Virus record (IMG/VR): IMGVR_UViG_3300023296_001674
Reading direction: 5' to 3' (one strand)
DNA from: a virus
Length of the DNA stretch: 64,000 nucleotides
This document shows positions 29,471-39,238 of the stretch, one piece after another. Numbering within the stretch: the first letter of the stretch is position 1; the number at the start of each line of letters is the position of its first letter. Position numbers and translations under genes: made by a program. The notes under the pieces were generated by a model, which worked only from the letters and a program-made list of their open reading frames with translations, was not told the origin of the DNA and did no database searches.

Positions 29471-29805
29471 GTATACATCAATTTCATAAACAATGGACAG
29501 TTATTGGTTTCTGTACACCAGTCTTTTAAAGTATAATTTTCTCCATTTAAATACCAATTCAATTCTTCGATGTTTCCATTTATGTCATAAAATATTTGTG
29601 CAGGACCGTCAATCCTATGCCACCCACACGATGTATACCACAGTTCGCGCTTCACATCACCTGCCATGTAATACAGTATATTAGATGGATGACCATCATC
29701 GCGGATTAGCCACGATTTTGACCTCAAATCACCAGATTGATAATACTCTAATTCAGGATTTGTCATATCTGAATCCATGTTATTTGAACTGATTGATTGT
29801 ATCAT
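29467..29805 (-). CDS. DGPA/WY-NG repeat family paralogue
   Basis: HRIDGPAQIFYDINGN; ends LFMKLMYT. Confidence 0.55.
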   Translation of the reverse strand: MIQSISSNNMDSDMTNPELEYYQSGDLRSKSWLIRDDGHPSNILYYMAGDVKRELWYTSCGWHRIDGPAQIFYDINGNIEELNWYLNGENYTLKDWCTETNNCPLFMKLMYT

Positions 29806-30017
29806 CTAATTCAAGTGAAATCTCTTCCAATGCCTCAAGGACAAGATACCGAATAATTGCGTCATCAGCCGTAGCCAACTCGCGAATAGACTTAATGATT
29901 GTGCTTTGTAATGCTTCAATATCATTCGTGTAATTAATAGCCATAATAAATCCCTTCAATAAATTTATTTAATATAACAACAGTATAACACTTAATCAAC
30001 AAGCGTCAAGCAAATCC

Positions 30018-30308
30018 TTATTTCAAAATAGGCGTTAACTCAGCCCATTCGGCTTTTATTTCCGCGCCATCACTAAATCTAACATTATAAAACATTTTTT
30101 TACAATCATGTGATTGACCGCCAGCCCATTTATCAATCAACCTAACTATTTCTTGTGTAGCAACATGTATTGCTTTATCGCCAGGATTGTATACATGCAC
30201 ATTCGTTGGTGAAGCCAAAGCACATGCTATATGATTGTCTCTAACAGAATCTGCTATTAATAATACAATAAACACAATTACAAATAGCACAATTATTTTT
30301 TCTTTCAT
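30018..30308 (-). CDS. secreted/membrane-anchored small protein
   Basis: N-terminal hydrophobic segment. Confidence 0.5.
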   Translation of the reverse strand: MKEKIIVLFVIVFIVLLIADSVRDNHIACALASPTNVHVYNPGDKAIHVATQEIVRLIDKWAGGQSHDCKKMFYNVRFSDGAEIKAEWAELTPILK

Positions 30309-30323
30309 AACATCATCCTTTTT

Positions 30324-30596
30324 TTATTCTTCCCACATTAACTTAAATCCAACGATGTCACTTTCTTCTTCAAACCAAAATACAATGTTCTCAACATATT
30401 TAAATGTGGGATCAACTGTGAAATAGTAATACCAATCACCCGCTAAATTATCATAACACCAATCGTGCATATCTACCGGAATGTTTAGAGGATAAGGAAT
30501 AGAATACTTATTGCACCATCCCAATATTTTATCTATACGAATAGGGTCTCTGTCTGATGATAAATCGCATATATATGAATAAGACAACGTTGTCAA
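30324..30596 (-). CDS. small protein of the AFKLRW family (ends DIVGFKLMWEE)
   Basis: Shared C-terminal motif. Confidence 0.5.
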   Translation of the reverse strand: MTTLSYSYICDLSSDRDPIRIDKILGWCNKYSIPYPLNIPVDMHDWCYDNLAGDWYYYFTVDPTFKYVENIVFWFEEESDIVGFKLMWEE

Positions 30597-30885
30597 GCAA
30601 CAACCCTCCCAACAACAGCCAATGTTTTGACTTCCGTCATATAATGACCTCCCAACTGTAATATTGCAATAGTTCCTGACTGCTGTATGCGCCTTATGAA
30701 ATACTTATGCCATACATATCTATTGTGACTGAAATCACGCGGTCTTCTTAACGTGTTTAATATTACACCGAGATCTAAATCAGCATTGCGTATCTTGTAA
30801 AAACTACCAAACGTCGGAAATATACCACCTGCGTGAGTGTCAGTTCCAGATGATCGTTTTAATGTATCCGCCAGTATAACCATTT

Positions 30886-31482
30886 CTACCAACAAACCCA
30901 AATATTAATAACACCTTCGTTGCCATCATCGTCATCTTCGGCTAAGTGCTTGAATGTGTCGTGCCATACTTGCATGATTTCACGCTGCCAATCTTCTGTC
31001 TCTTCATCACAGCAATCCATCGATACACTAACCCAATTATATGTATCATTGCGAAATCTACCTTCGTCATCGACGCAGTGTTTCATTTGCCAATGCCAAA
31101 AATCCATATATGGACGTTTCTTGAATTTATCATCGGCGCAATCTTTTTCATATTCTTTGAACCAAATCTGTGATGACCCACGATCCTTGCCATCTGAATC
31201 AATCTGTGGATAACCTTTCTTATCATGCCAATCATTGAAATCGCCAGTACCTGGAAAGAAATGCCGACCAGCATCACGTTGTTTATAACCAAGAATCTTA
31301 TCTATTGCTCTCGTCATTTCCATAAAGTCATAAAACGTTACGGTTGTTTTGGTTATTTCAACCATTAAAAAATACCCGTTTAAGTTTTGTGCGATAATTA
31401 GATAATTCACTCTGCACCAAATTTTCACTGGTTTGCGGATAAATGCCGTGCGCCGTTTGTGTGTATTCACCGCTGCGCACAC
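30886..31482 (-). CDS. hypothetical Trp/Asp-rich protein (true start may be the internal Met near 31365)
   Basis: ORF; overlaps 31358..31573 at its 5' end. Confidence 0.45.
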   Translation of the reverse strand: MCAAVNTHKRRTAFIRKPVKIWCRVNYLIIAQNLNGYFLMVEITKTTVTFYDFMEMTRAIDKILGYKQRDAGRHFFPGTGDFNDWHDKKGYPQIDSDGKDRGSSQIWFKEYEKDCADDKFKKRPYMDFWHWQMKHCVDDEGRFRNDTYNWVSVSMDCCDEETEDWQREIMQVWHDTFKHLAEDDDDGNEGVINIWVCW

Positions 31483-31573
31483 ATGCTAAAACTCGTTCAC
31501 GCATATCAGGAAACGGCACTAAATCAACCCACGCCTTTGTGCCCGGTTTATAAAAGAACTTCAATTTTTCCAT
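31358..31573 (-). CDS. small hypothetical protein
   Basis: Leftward promoter TTGACT-N16-TATACT at 31752-31779. Confidence 0.4.
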   Translation of the reverse strand: MEKLKFFYKPGTKAWVDLVPFPDMRERVLACVRSGEYTQTAHGIYPQTSENLVQSELSNYRTKLKRVFFNG

Positions 31574-31751
31574 ACTAATCTCCTATTTTAAATGTTTGGA
31601 ACCAATCGCAATCAATACCGGCTTGTGTGCCGCCAATAACGCTTTTATAATTGGTACATGCGGCACCTTCGGTAAATCAGGCACCAACCGCATTACTTCA
31701 AAATATGGTACGATTTTTCGCATAATAATTCCTTCCTATAAGTGAACCTAC

Positions 31752-31779
31752 AGTATAACACTTATTCAGGTTGAGTCAA
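31752..31779 (-). promoter_or_regulatory. leftward sigma70-like promoter (reverse complement TTGACT-N16-TATACT)
   Basis: The motif acagtataacacttattca...gtcaag recurs before several leftward genes. Confidence 0.5.
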
Positions 31780-31978
31780 GCACCGCGATATCCACATCAT
31801 ACATATGAACCATCTCGAACAACGATTCTTGTGAAATTTTATGAAACTCAACTTTCTTGCTAAATTCATCCATCATAAAACCATACCACATAGATTTAAA
31901 ATCATAATGTAACACAAACCGCAATCCATCATACCCATCAAGAAATGTTATATTATAATCAATTACATTCATGTCCAC
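31766..31978 (-). CDS. small hypothetical protein
   Basis: ORF. Confidence 0.35.
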   Translation of the reverse strand: MDMNVIDYNITFLDGYDGLRFVLHYDFKSMWYGFMMDEFSKKVEFHKISQESLFEMVHMYDVDIAVLDST

Positions 31979-32370
31979 ATCAATTTAATAGCCATACAAT
32001 CTTCTATGCTATATGGCGCAGTCATTTCGTTATCAAGCAACCACGCCTCTACCTCATGGGTTGATAAATCAACACCACACAAATACCAAATTTCAGATAT
32101 ATCTTTACCTGATCTATAATTGTAGATCAGTGCAGGACCATTCAATCTATGTAGTATACCATTATCGTGCCATGATACCCTAACGGCTTCACCATGACTA
32201 TTAAATTCACATCGTGTGGGTGCACCAGAATCCCGATGTAATTTACCATACTTATACCATTTACGCACCTCTGGTATTTTATTATTGCTATCTAGAAATT
32301 CTGTAATAATTTGATATTTTTTTGTAGGGTCCGCTTGATGTTTTGGAAGCCTACCGCCAGAATCTCTCAT
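31969..32370 (-). CDS. DGPA/WY-NG repeat family paralogue with an AFKLRW-like C-terminus (CMAIKLMWT)
   Basis: HRDSGAPTRCEF...HRLNGPALIYNY. Confidence 0.5.
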   Translation of the reverse strand: MRDSGGRLPKHQADPTKKYQIITEFLDSNNKIPEVRKWYKYGKLHRDSGAPTRCEFNSHGEAVRVSWHDNGILHRLNGPALIYNYRSGKDISEIWYLCGVDLSTHEVEAWLLDNEMTAPYSIEDCMAIKLMWT

Positions 32371-32373
32371 TAA

Positions 32374-32739
32374 CTATCCTTTTAACTTACCCAACGCCAT
32401 TTCTACAAATAACTCCGCATCATCAAGAACTTTAAACACAAACACCGGATTGCTTGTCCATACATTACCCTTAACTATATCACCCGAATATGCACCCGAT
32501 ACCGGATATGCTAACTCTGCATATTCATCCGTGTAAATCATATCAACACTATAATCAATTGAATAACTGTCACACCAATAAATCATATTATTTATCGCCG
32601 CATATTTGTCATCACCATAACAAAAAGAACAAATCGATACAACATATCCACCATGTAATATATTAACAGCCTTCTTATATAGATTCTCATACCTGACATC
32701 ATGTGCCAAATAACTTGTTATTATACTACTTCCATTCAT
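32374..32739 (-). CDS. hypothetical protein
   Basis: 121-aa ORF. Confidence 0.45.
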   Translation of the reverse strand: MNGSSIITSYLAHDVRYENLYKKAVNILHGGYVVSICSFCYGDDKYAAINNMIYWCDSYSIDYSVDMIYTDEYAELAYPVSGAYSGDIVKGNVWTSNPVFVFKVLDDAELFVEMALGKLKG

Positions 32740-32947
32740 TTAAATAAACACTTAGCCATATCACTCATTAATTTCGCCCCCTATAACTACATCACTATTA
32801 ACCATACCACTTAATGACACCTGTGACAAATCACTGATACTTATAAAAAAATCAATACCAGCAAACGATGCATGATTATACGTCCAACCATTGGCATTAT
32901 TATCAATAAATACTGTCAAATCGCCGACGGAGTTATATTCACATATC

Positions 32948-33178
32948 TCAATCATGTGGCGTAGATTCTTTATATAATTTCATATATACATACTTCGTTA
33001 AACTGCGACAACTATATCCATCATGTATATAACCCTCGCTTTCCTTGATATACTCTAACATACCAGGCGATTCAATCTGCATGGAACCCAACAAGCCCAT
33101 CTTATATAAATCCATTATTCTATTCGTATCCATAACACCAACATAGCACAGTAAGGCACTTATTACAATATAAGCCAT
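32948..33178 (-). CDS. small hypothetical protein
   Basis: ORF. Confidence 0.35.
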   Translation of the reverse strand: MAYIVISALLCYVGVMDTNRIMDLYKMGLLGSMQIESPGMLEYIKESEGYIHDGYSCRSLTKYVYMKLYKESTPHD

Positions 33179-33206
33179 AGGTTTAAGGAAAATATTTCTA
33201 TGGGTA

Positions 33207-33464
33207 TCAGGCCACGGTTAAAATGTCCACACTTACGTCATCAATCGTATATATTTCAACCAATTTTTTCTGTGACATAACCCGCTTCAACACACGCAAA
33301 AATGATCCATGAAAATAAGTGACACCCAACATTTGAGTCTCATTATTTTCATCTATAAACATGAATTCATAAAATTTACTATTAAACGACGATCTCTTGT
33401 AACTGATGAACCGAACTACCGCCATGAAACACTTACCCCTTGAATGGTGTCTTAATGATCTCAA
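33207..33464 (-). CDS. small basic hypothetical protein
   Basis: ORF. Confidence 0.4.
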   Translation of the reverse strand: MRSLRHHSRGKCFMAVVRFISYKRSSFNSKFYEFMFIDENNETQMLGVTYFHGSFLRVLKRVMSQKKLVEIYTIDDVSVDILTVA

Positions 33465-33568
33465 TCGTGCGAATATATATCACAATAAGAACACTCCGCC
33501 TATCAGTAAAAACAATCCCAATACAACACCCATCATCCCTATAACAATCAAACACTTGGCTTTATCAC

Positions 33569-33916
33569 TCATTCTTTGTCCCTCCGGCGTTTGATATCAT
33601 CTTGAATTTCAACTTCTAATTCACGTATTCGTTCAACATAATAAGCATCAATGTTTCCCTTATATACCAAATGCTCAGTTATAACAACAGAACACACTTT
33701 CAAAATATCAGGAGGGAAATCTTTGTAATTCTTCCTTAACATAGATGACTTACTATGATCATGTTTATTAAAAAACAAACTTTTACAAAAATTTTGTTGG
33801 TTTGATTTAGGAAATATATCAGCGTTAGCAGTAGAAGAAAATACCACCACCATAAACACCACCGCCAGCAAACATACAATTATAAATATCCTGTGCCTCA
33901 TCATCAAGATGTGCAA
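33569..33916 (-). CDS. secreted small protein (signal peptide)
   Basis: IFIIVCLLAVVFMVVVFSSTANA signal. Confidence 0.5.
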   Translation of the reverse strand: MHILMMRHRIFIIVCLLAVVFMVVVFSSTANADIFPKSNQQNFCKSLFFNKHDHSKSSMLRKNYKDFPPDILKVCSVVITEHLVYKGNIDAYYVERIRELEVEIQDDIKRRRDKE

Positions 33917-34146
33917 TACGCTCCTTGATTAACAAATCTATATCAATTACTAACTGTTTAGCTAATAATTCCGCCGCATCTATTTCATCATCTGTCATTA
34001 ATTATCCCCTTATTGTGGTTCACCAAGAACCATAACCCCCACCACTACACAAACAAACAAAACTATCAACCAAAAACCCATATTAATTTCCTCATTTTTA
34101 TTTCTTTTTTAGTTAAACCCACCGCAATTATAAATCGATCTGTATA

Positions 34147-34380
34147 TTAATCTGGTCTTGGTTTATCCGCATACGGCGAAATATCAATTCGAATTAACCC
34201 ATCAGTAGCTACTACATGCTGAAATAAATAACCATCAGCCGTATACCGAGTTAATCGTTCTGGGGTAAATCCATCAACACGACGACAAAACCATGCCGTA
34301 GCAGCTACACATCCCATTCTTCGTTTTTTGGATTTCCATTCCAATATTGCCTCATCTATGCACATATTAATTTCCTCCAT
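34147..34380 (-). CDS. small hypothetical protein
   Basis: Leftward promoter TTGACA-N17-TATTAT at about 34385-34415. Confidence 0.45.
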   Translation of the reverse strand: MEEINMCIDEAILEWKSKKRRMGCVAATAWFCRRVDGFTPERLTRYTADGYLFQHVVATDGLIRIDISPYADKPRPD

Positions 34381-34403
34381 ATAATATCATAATAACACCA
34401 TGG

Positions 34404-34478
34404 GACAGTTATGTCAAGAATTATAGATTGGCTTAAATCAGCCATTTCAATCGTGGTCTGCCGTGGGGAGGAGACGGT
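34404..34478 (+). repeat. direct repeat copy 1 (about 73 bp) flanking the inverted gene island
   Basis: About 85% identical to 36097-36169 (gacagttat..attatagattggcttaaa.cagccatt.caatc...ccgtgggg.gagac.gtt). Confidence 0.65.
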
Positions 34479-34505
34479 TGACATCACCAATAACTGTGAT
34501 ATAAT
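34478..34505 (+). promoter_or_regulatory. sigma70-like promoter TTGACA-N16-TATAAT for the island genes
   Basis: ggTTGACAtcaccaataactgtgaTATAAT. Confidence 0.6.
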
Positions 34506-34516
34506 AATCTAAACAG

Positions 34517-34759
34517 TTGGAGACAGTTATGACAGAACATCAAATATATCAATTTCGTTCCGGCGAACCCCGTAAAGAAATATTTACCAATGAACAGTTT
34601 AAACACCATAGCATTGATGGCCCCTCTGTCATATATTATGATAAAAATGGACTTATACGATATACTGAATGGTGGATCGATGGGAAACAATTGCATATTC
34701 AAGATTGGTGCGAACTTACTAATAACGATCCCCTACTTATGAAAGTGAAATACTCATGA
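34517..34759 (+). CDS. DGPA/WY-NG repeat family paralogue
   Basis: HHSIDGPSVIYYDKNG; ends LLMKVKYS. Confidence 0.55.
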   Translation: METVMTEHQIYQFRSGEPRKEIFTNEQFKHHSIDGPSVIYYDKNGLIRYTEWWIDGKQLHIQDWCELTNNDPLLMKVKYS

Positions 34760-35022
34760 ACAGACCAGACAAATCAACACAATTCATAATATATTACAAT
34801 AATGGCGATGGATCAAAAGATACCGACGTCATCGCTAATATCGAATGGCGCAATCAACTCGGCGAACTCCATAATAGCAGCGGACCAGCAAAATTGCTAC
34901 ACAAAACAGACGGAACAGAATTTAGGAAACTTTGGTGCATCCACGGTGTCGCATTTAGTTTCAATGATTGGTGTAAAAAAACCAATAACTGTCCCACACT
35001 TATGATGATGATGTATACATGA
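34756..35022 (+). CDS. DGPA/WY-NG repeat family paralogue
   Basis: HNSSGPAKLLHKTDG; ends TLMMMMYT. Confidence 0.5.
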   Translation: MNRPDKSTQFIIYYNNGDGSKDTDVIANIEWRNQLGELHNSSGPAKLLHKTDGTEFRKLWCIHGVAFSFNDWCKKTNNCPTLMMMMYT

Positions 35023-35252
35023 TAAAACCTATATTAATATCACATTATTGCGATAACGGCATACTTAAATCAGAACGTTGGATGCGGGATGACAAATGCC
35101 ACAATACAACCGGACCCGCTATAATTCGATATTATTCCAACGGTTTAATATATAATATTTGTTGGTATCTAAACGGAGAACAATGCGATATACATCATTG
35201 GTGTAGAAAAACCGGTAACGATCCCCTACTTATGAAAATGATGTACTCATGA
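35019..35252 (+). CDS. DGPA/WY-NG repeat family paralogue
   Basis: HNTTGPAIIRYYSNG; ends LLMKMMYS. Confidence 0.55.
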   Translation: MIKPILISHYCDNGILKSERWMRDDKCHNTTGPAIIRYYSNGLIYNICWYLNGEQCDIHHWCRKTGNDPLLMKMMYS

Positions 35253-35527
35253 CATCATTCAATAACGATGAAAAATATATGGTATTATATAATAAACCCA
35301 TACGCGAAGCATCATATCATGATGAAACCGATATACTCAAATCAGAAATTTGGCGAGTTGGTGGACTGTTCCATAAAAATAACGGGCCAGCTATAATCCG
35401 ATATTATACCGACGGATCAATATATAATGTAAATTGGTGCCTCAACGGCATTAAATTTGATTTAGAACTATGGTGCCGTAGAACCGATAACGATCCGTTG
35501 CTTATGAAAATGATGTATACAGCATAA
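35249..35527 (+). CDS. DGPA/WY-NG repeat family paralogue
   Basis: [15 protein letters not shown]; ends LLMKMMYTA. Confidence 0.55.
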   Translation: MTSFNNDEKYMVLYNKPIREASYHDETDILKSEIWRVGGLFHKNNGPAIIRYYTDGSIYNVNWCLNGIKFDLELWCRRTDNDPLLMKMMYTA

Positions 35528-35688
35528 AAACAATTATGCTATAATAAAACCATGATGCTAGATGACGAACAAAAACACATAATTCAACTATTCGACATGG
35601 GTATGCGTGCAACCATAGAATACTTATATCCACCATTAAAAGAAAACCCCCATCCACCAAAAAAAATTAGATAAATGGTATACAACAA

Positions 35689-35967
35689 ATGAATGACATC
35701 GTAGATATTAAAACAGGAAAACCCGTGCTAGACGAAATCAAGTCTAAAGCAGAAGCATCCAAAAAACGCGCAGCAGGAAAACATAACTTCTACGTGAAAG
35801 CACGTATCAGCACAGAAACTATTAAAGTATTAAAAGAAGCGTTGATGACCAGTTCAGTATGCGACGATAACGGTAACGCACTTATCCCATGGACTAAAGA
35901 ATTAATTGATGAATTAACCAGTGGTGTCACCGACCCCGGACCTAAAAATAAAAACCGCGATTCTTAA
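35689..35967 (+). CDS. small hypothetical protein
   Basis: ORF in the island. Confidence 0.45.
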   Translation: MNDIVDIKTGKPVLDEIKSKAEASKKRAAGKHNFYVKARISTETIKVLKEALMTSSVCDDNGNALIPWTKELIDELTSGVTDPGPKNKNRDS

Positions 35968-36096
35968 TATAAATCGCGCCCTATCCACGCAAATATCGCC
36001 GTAATCGACCAACGCAATACATAAAGACCACTATTATTACTATACTAAAATCCATTATAATATCCTTTAATTGTTCCCACCAGTATACGACAGTAA

Positions 36097-36169
36097 GACA
36101 GTTATTGCAATATTATAGATTGGCTTAAAACAGCCATTCCAATCACATCTACCGTGGGGGGAGACAGTT
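36097..36169 (+). repeat. direct repeat copy 2 flanking the island
   Basis: Matches 34404-34478. Confidence 0.65.
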
Positions 36170-36931
36170 ATTTTTATTACCCTTTGACATATTGTCTTTA
36201 GCCCATAATGGCTGAAGATTTGTGTAATGCATCGCTTTATGCTGTTCATTTATATCCGATAAATCAAATGATGATAATGGAATAATATGATCTATATGCC
36301 AACCATCAGTAGCCCAGTTATCCCAAGACATCCCCACCGTAAATTGATTCTCTAAATGTTCCTTTAATGTAGCAATGTCCGTTCCAATCAATTTTAACGC
36401 AGATTTAGTCTTCTTAACCCCGCTATTACGTAAATACTTACCTAACGCATTTCTAAGATTAATACGCAGTTTAAAAAGTGGATCATTAGCATAGCGTTCC
36501 CTTCGAAGTTTATTCCGTATATCCCTTGTTTTACTAGCATATTTTTTGTCCCATCCAGACTTCAATTGTTTAAACTTTGAAGTTTTTGCGTAAGGAACCC
36601 TCCATATATCCCATGAACACTGCTTACAATACGTTTTTTTATCATAATGACACTTGCCAGAAAAATCACTCGGAAAACTATCTAAATCTTTTATAGTATC
36701 ACATTTACGACATTTTCTCTTTCCTTCGCTTTGTAGTATATGTAACTCTGATACATACTTTTTTTCTTCCATCAACTTTTCAGGGTCTTTGCTATTCTTT
36801 ATACTTACACACTGCTTGCAACTTCCCCTTAAATATGAAGGATGATCCCGTATACCTGCTGATGCATAACTGTCTAATGATAATTCCCGATTGCATGTTT
36901 TACATTTTTTCATTCGATTACAATAACACAC
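36149..36931 (-). CDS. HNH homing endonuclease with N-terminal CxxC zinc-finger repeats
   Basis: WHIDHIIPLSSF...NLQPLWAKDNMSKGNK. Confidence 0.75.
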   Translation of the reverse strand: MCYCNRMKKCKTCNRELSLDSYASAGIRDHPSYLRGSCKQCVSIKNSKDPEKLMEEKKYVSELHILQSEGKRKCRKCDTIKDLDSFPSDFSGKCHYDKKTYCKQCSWDIWRVPYAKTSKFKQLKSGWDKKYASKTRDIRNKLRRERYANDPLFKLRINLRNALGKYLRNSGVKKTKSALKLIGTDIATLKEHLENQFTVGMSWDNWATDGWHIDHIIPLSSFDLSDINEQHKAMHYTNLQPLWAKDNMSKGNKNNCLPPR

Positions 36932-36940
36932 TGGAGACAG

Positions 36941-37288
36941 TTATGTCAATCGGTCTAGGGGCTGACAGTTATACAGCGATGGTATATTTTGTTCAGTGCG
37001 ATTGCGTGATTTGTTATATGCAGTATCAAATTCTTTGATTACTTGTTCTAATGACATATCACCAAAATTATACCATTCACCACGTACTTGTATATGCCTA
37101 AAATAAAAATGCATCCAACGCTCTGCCCACTTACGAGTATACGTGTTGTGGACTTTGGATATACTTAGTTTTTCTGGATTGCCTGTTTGTAATGTGCTTA
37201 ATCTTTTAATAGATGATTTGGCTTCACCTATTTTATATAAACTGGTGCTACCATTACGAATAAGATATACATCACCAAATGCGATCAT
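36941..37288 (-). CDS. T5orf172 / GIY-YIG-like domain protein
   Basis: VYLIRNGSTSLYKIGEAKSSIKRLSTLQTGNP. Confidence 0.55.
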   Translation of the reverse strand: MIAFGDVYLIRNGSTSLYKIGEAKSSIKRLSTLQTGNPEKLSISKVHNTYTRKWAERWMHFYFRHIQVRGEWYNFGDMSLEQVIKEFDTAYNKSRNRTEQNIPSLYNCQPLDRLT

Positions 37289-37336
37289 TGGATATTCCTT
37301 CCAATCAATGTAGATACAGTATAACAGTTATTCAAA

Positions 37337-38647
37337 TTATGTCAATTGGTTTAGGGATAAATCAACTATTCTATTAACCATATTTTGTATATCAGAATCT
37401 ATTACATGAAACAAATACTCGTTTTCTAAATCTACATCTTTAGTTTTTTTAAGTAAGCCATCGTCAAAGGCTGATTGATTGCGCATAGATTTATAACCAC
37501 CAACACGCTCACGCATGTCATCAATCAACCTAGTGGTATCAAGGATACCATCTTCATAATATAGATTGATACCAAGATTATTCAAATATGTGTATATATC
37601 AACATCGATTGTTAACAAATCCATATAACCATCATACTTACGCCAATGATAGTTAAGTTGACGGTTGAAGTATAAATCATACTTACCGCTATCAATATCA
37701 TTATACACTTGTAATAAATCTTTATGTAAATCATTTAAATTACACGACGTTATTCTTTCAAATATATCTTTATCAAATGTATTATCATCCATATTATGCA
37801 ATGGTGACATTTTATGATATATGGTGCATATAACATTACCAGTACTACCATCAACAGATATATTATTGACATTGAAAAGAGGTGCACAATGTCTGTAATA
37901 TGTCCGCAAATAAACAGTTATTTTATTGTCTTTGATTTCTATTCTAAAAAATGATGAAATTTTAAATAATTTACATAAATCATTATATATACATAGCATA
38001 TCAGCCGACATATTGGTGAACAAAGCATTAGTAAGATCAATGTCACACTTACGGATATAATTCCAAATGATTTGATTGTTATCTGATGTTAAATCATACA
38101 CGGCTGTATATTTTTTATCAGTCATAATAAAAATAGATGAATATAACCCATCGTTGTGGTTTAGGATGTTTTGTACATTTTTCATTATAGTAATAATTTT
38201 ATTTGATACAATATCGCGTGCTTGATGTAATAATTTATTATGTTTTCTAAATAGATCGCGTATACGAATGTATTCTATTTCTTCATTGGTTTTTTCTTTA
38301 TAAGTCCACTTTCCTGTAATTTTATGTTTATGTAATGATTTTTCCATGGCTATTCGTTCAGGTATGGATGCATTTAAAACTTTTTTAACAGCAATAGACA
38401 GCAATCCTGCATTAGACACATGAAACCATTCCTTTACTTTGATATCTTCGATGTGAAAATGAGAAAGTTGTGACTGTATTGCTTTTTCTGTTATTAGTGC
38501 ATCTTTTTCTGATCCAGTATATATTACTTTAAATGTGTCACCGGGACGATAATGATTATTACTTCTACTTTCTGGATTTGTGGTGATACCTGGAGTGACT
38601 TGTATTCCATTAGGATATTTTGTTTCATTGATGTATACGTAATGCAT
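37337..38647 (-). CDS. protein with an N-terminal T5orf172/GIY-YIG-like domain
   Basis: MHYVYINETKYPNGIQVTPGITTNPESR...; 436 aa. Confidence 0.55.
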   Translation of the reverse strand: MHYVYINETKYPNGIQVTPGITTNPESRSNNHYRPGDTFKVIYTGSEKDALITEKAIQSQLSHFHIEDIKVKEWFHVSNAGLLSIAVKKVLNASIPERIAMEKSLHKHKITGKWTYKEKTNEEIEYIRIRDLFRKHNKLLHQARDIVSNKIITIMKNVQNILNHNDGLYSSIFIMTDKKYTAVYDLTSDNNQIIWNYIRKCDIDLTNALFTNMSADMLCIYNDLCKLFKISSFFRIEIKDNKITVYLRTYYRHCAPLFNVNNISVDGSTGNVICTIYHKMSPLHNMDDNTFDKDIFERITSCNLNDLHKDLLQVYNDIDSGKYDLYFNRQLNYHWRKYDGYMDLLTIDVDIYTYLNNLGINLYYEDGILDTTRLIDDMRERVGGYKSMRNQSAFDDGLLKKTKDVDLENEYLFHVIDSDIQNMVNRIVDLSLNQLT

Positions 38648-38679
38648 GCTATAACCCTTTTATTATTGTTGCAGTCTAC

Positions 38680-38708
38680 AGTATAACACTTATTCAACCA
38701 GTGTCAAG
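38680..38708 (-). promoter_or_regulatory. leftward promoter (reverse complement TTGACA-N17-TATACT)
   Basis: Reverse complement of the plus-strand sequence acagtataacacttattcaaccagtgtcaag. Confidence 0.55.
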
Positions 38709-38755
38709 TCAGGTTTGGGGGCGAAGTGTAGGGGAGGGTGGAGATCGTGAGACAG

Positions 38756-39052
38756 TTATTTGGATGACGTTTCTTTTGTCATCGGATATTCATGCGATAA
38801 ATCAATAATTGATCCAGTATCGCCATCAGCCGTTATATAGGTTATCATATAAACTTCTTCATTAGGTCTATGAACAACATCATATGGAATAATATCATCT
38901 ACCGTGACAAATTGACGATCTTCACCAGTACCAACCAATATCCTATCACCAGGTTTATATGGTGTATTAAATAACGATTCCATTAATCCATCAAAAAAAT
39001 CATTCAACTCATTAGTTGACATATCCAGTAAACATTCATTGCCATCTTCCAT
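38756..39052 (-). CDS. small acidic hypothetical protein
   Basis: ORF with its own leftward promoter at 39081-39109. Confidence 0.45.
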   Translation of the reverse strand: MEDGNECLLDMSTNELNDFFDGLMESLFNTPYKPGDRILVGTGEDRQFVTVDDIIPYDVVHRPNEEVYMITYITADGDTGSIIDLSHEYPMTKETSSK

Positions 39053-39238
39053 GGTGCATTCCTTTCATTGGTTTAATTACAGTATAACACCTTGGGACAA
39101 TTATGTCAACGACCCACCAAATAAAAGAATAAATACTATTATAATAATGAATGTGTCGGGTTGTTTGCGCAACCCACGAAGTTCGAAGGATCGAAACTTC
39201 TAACACATTCAATAACTATTTATAGAAGGAATATCACA

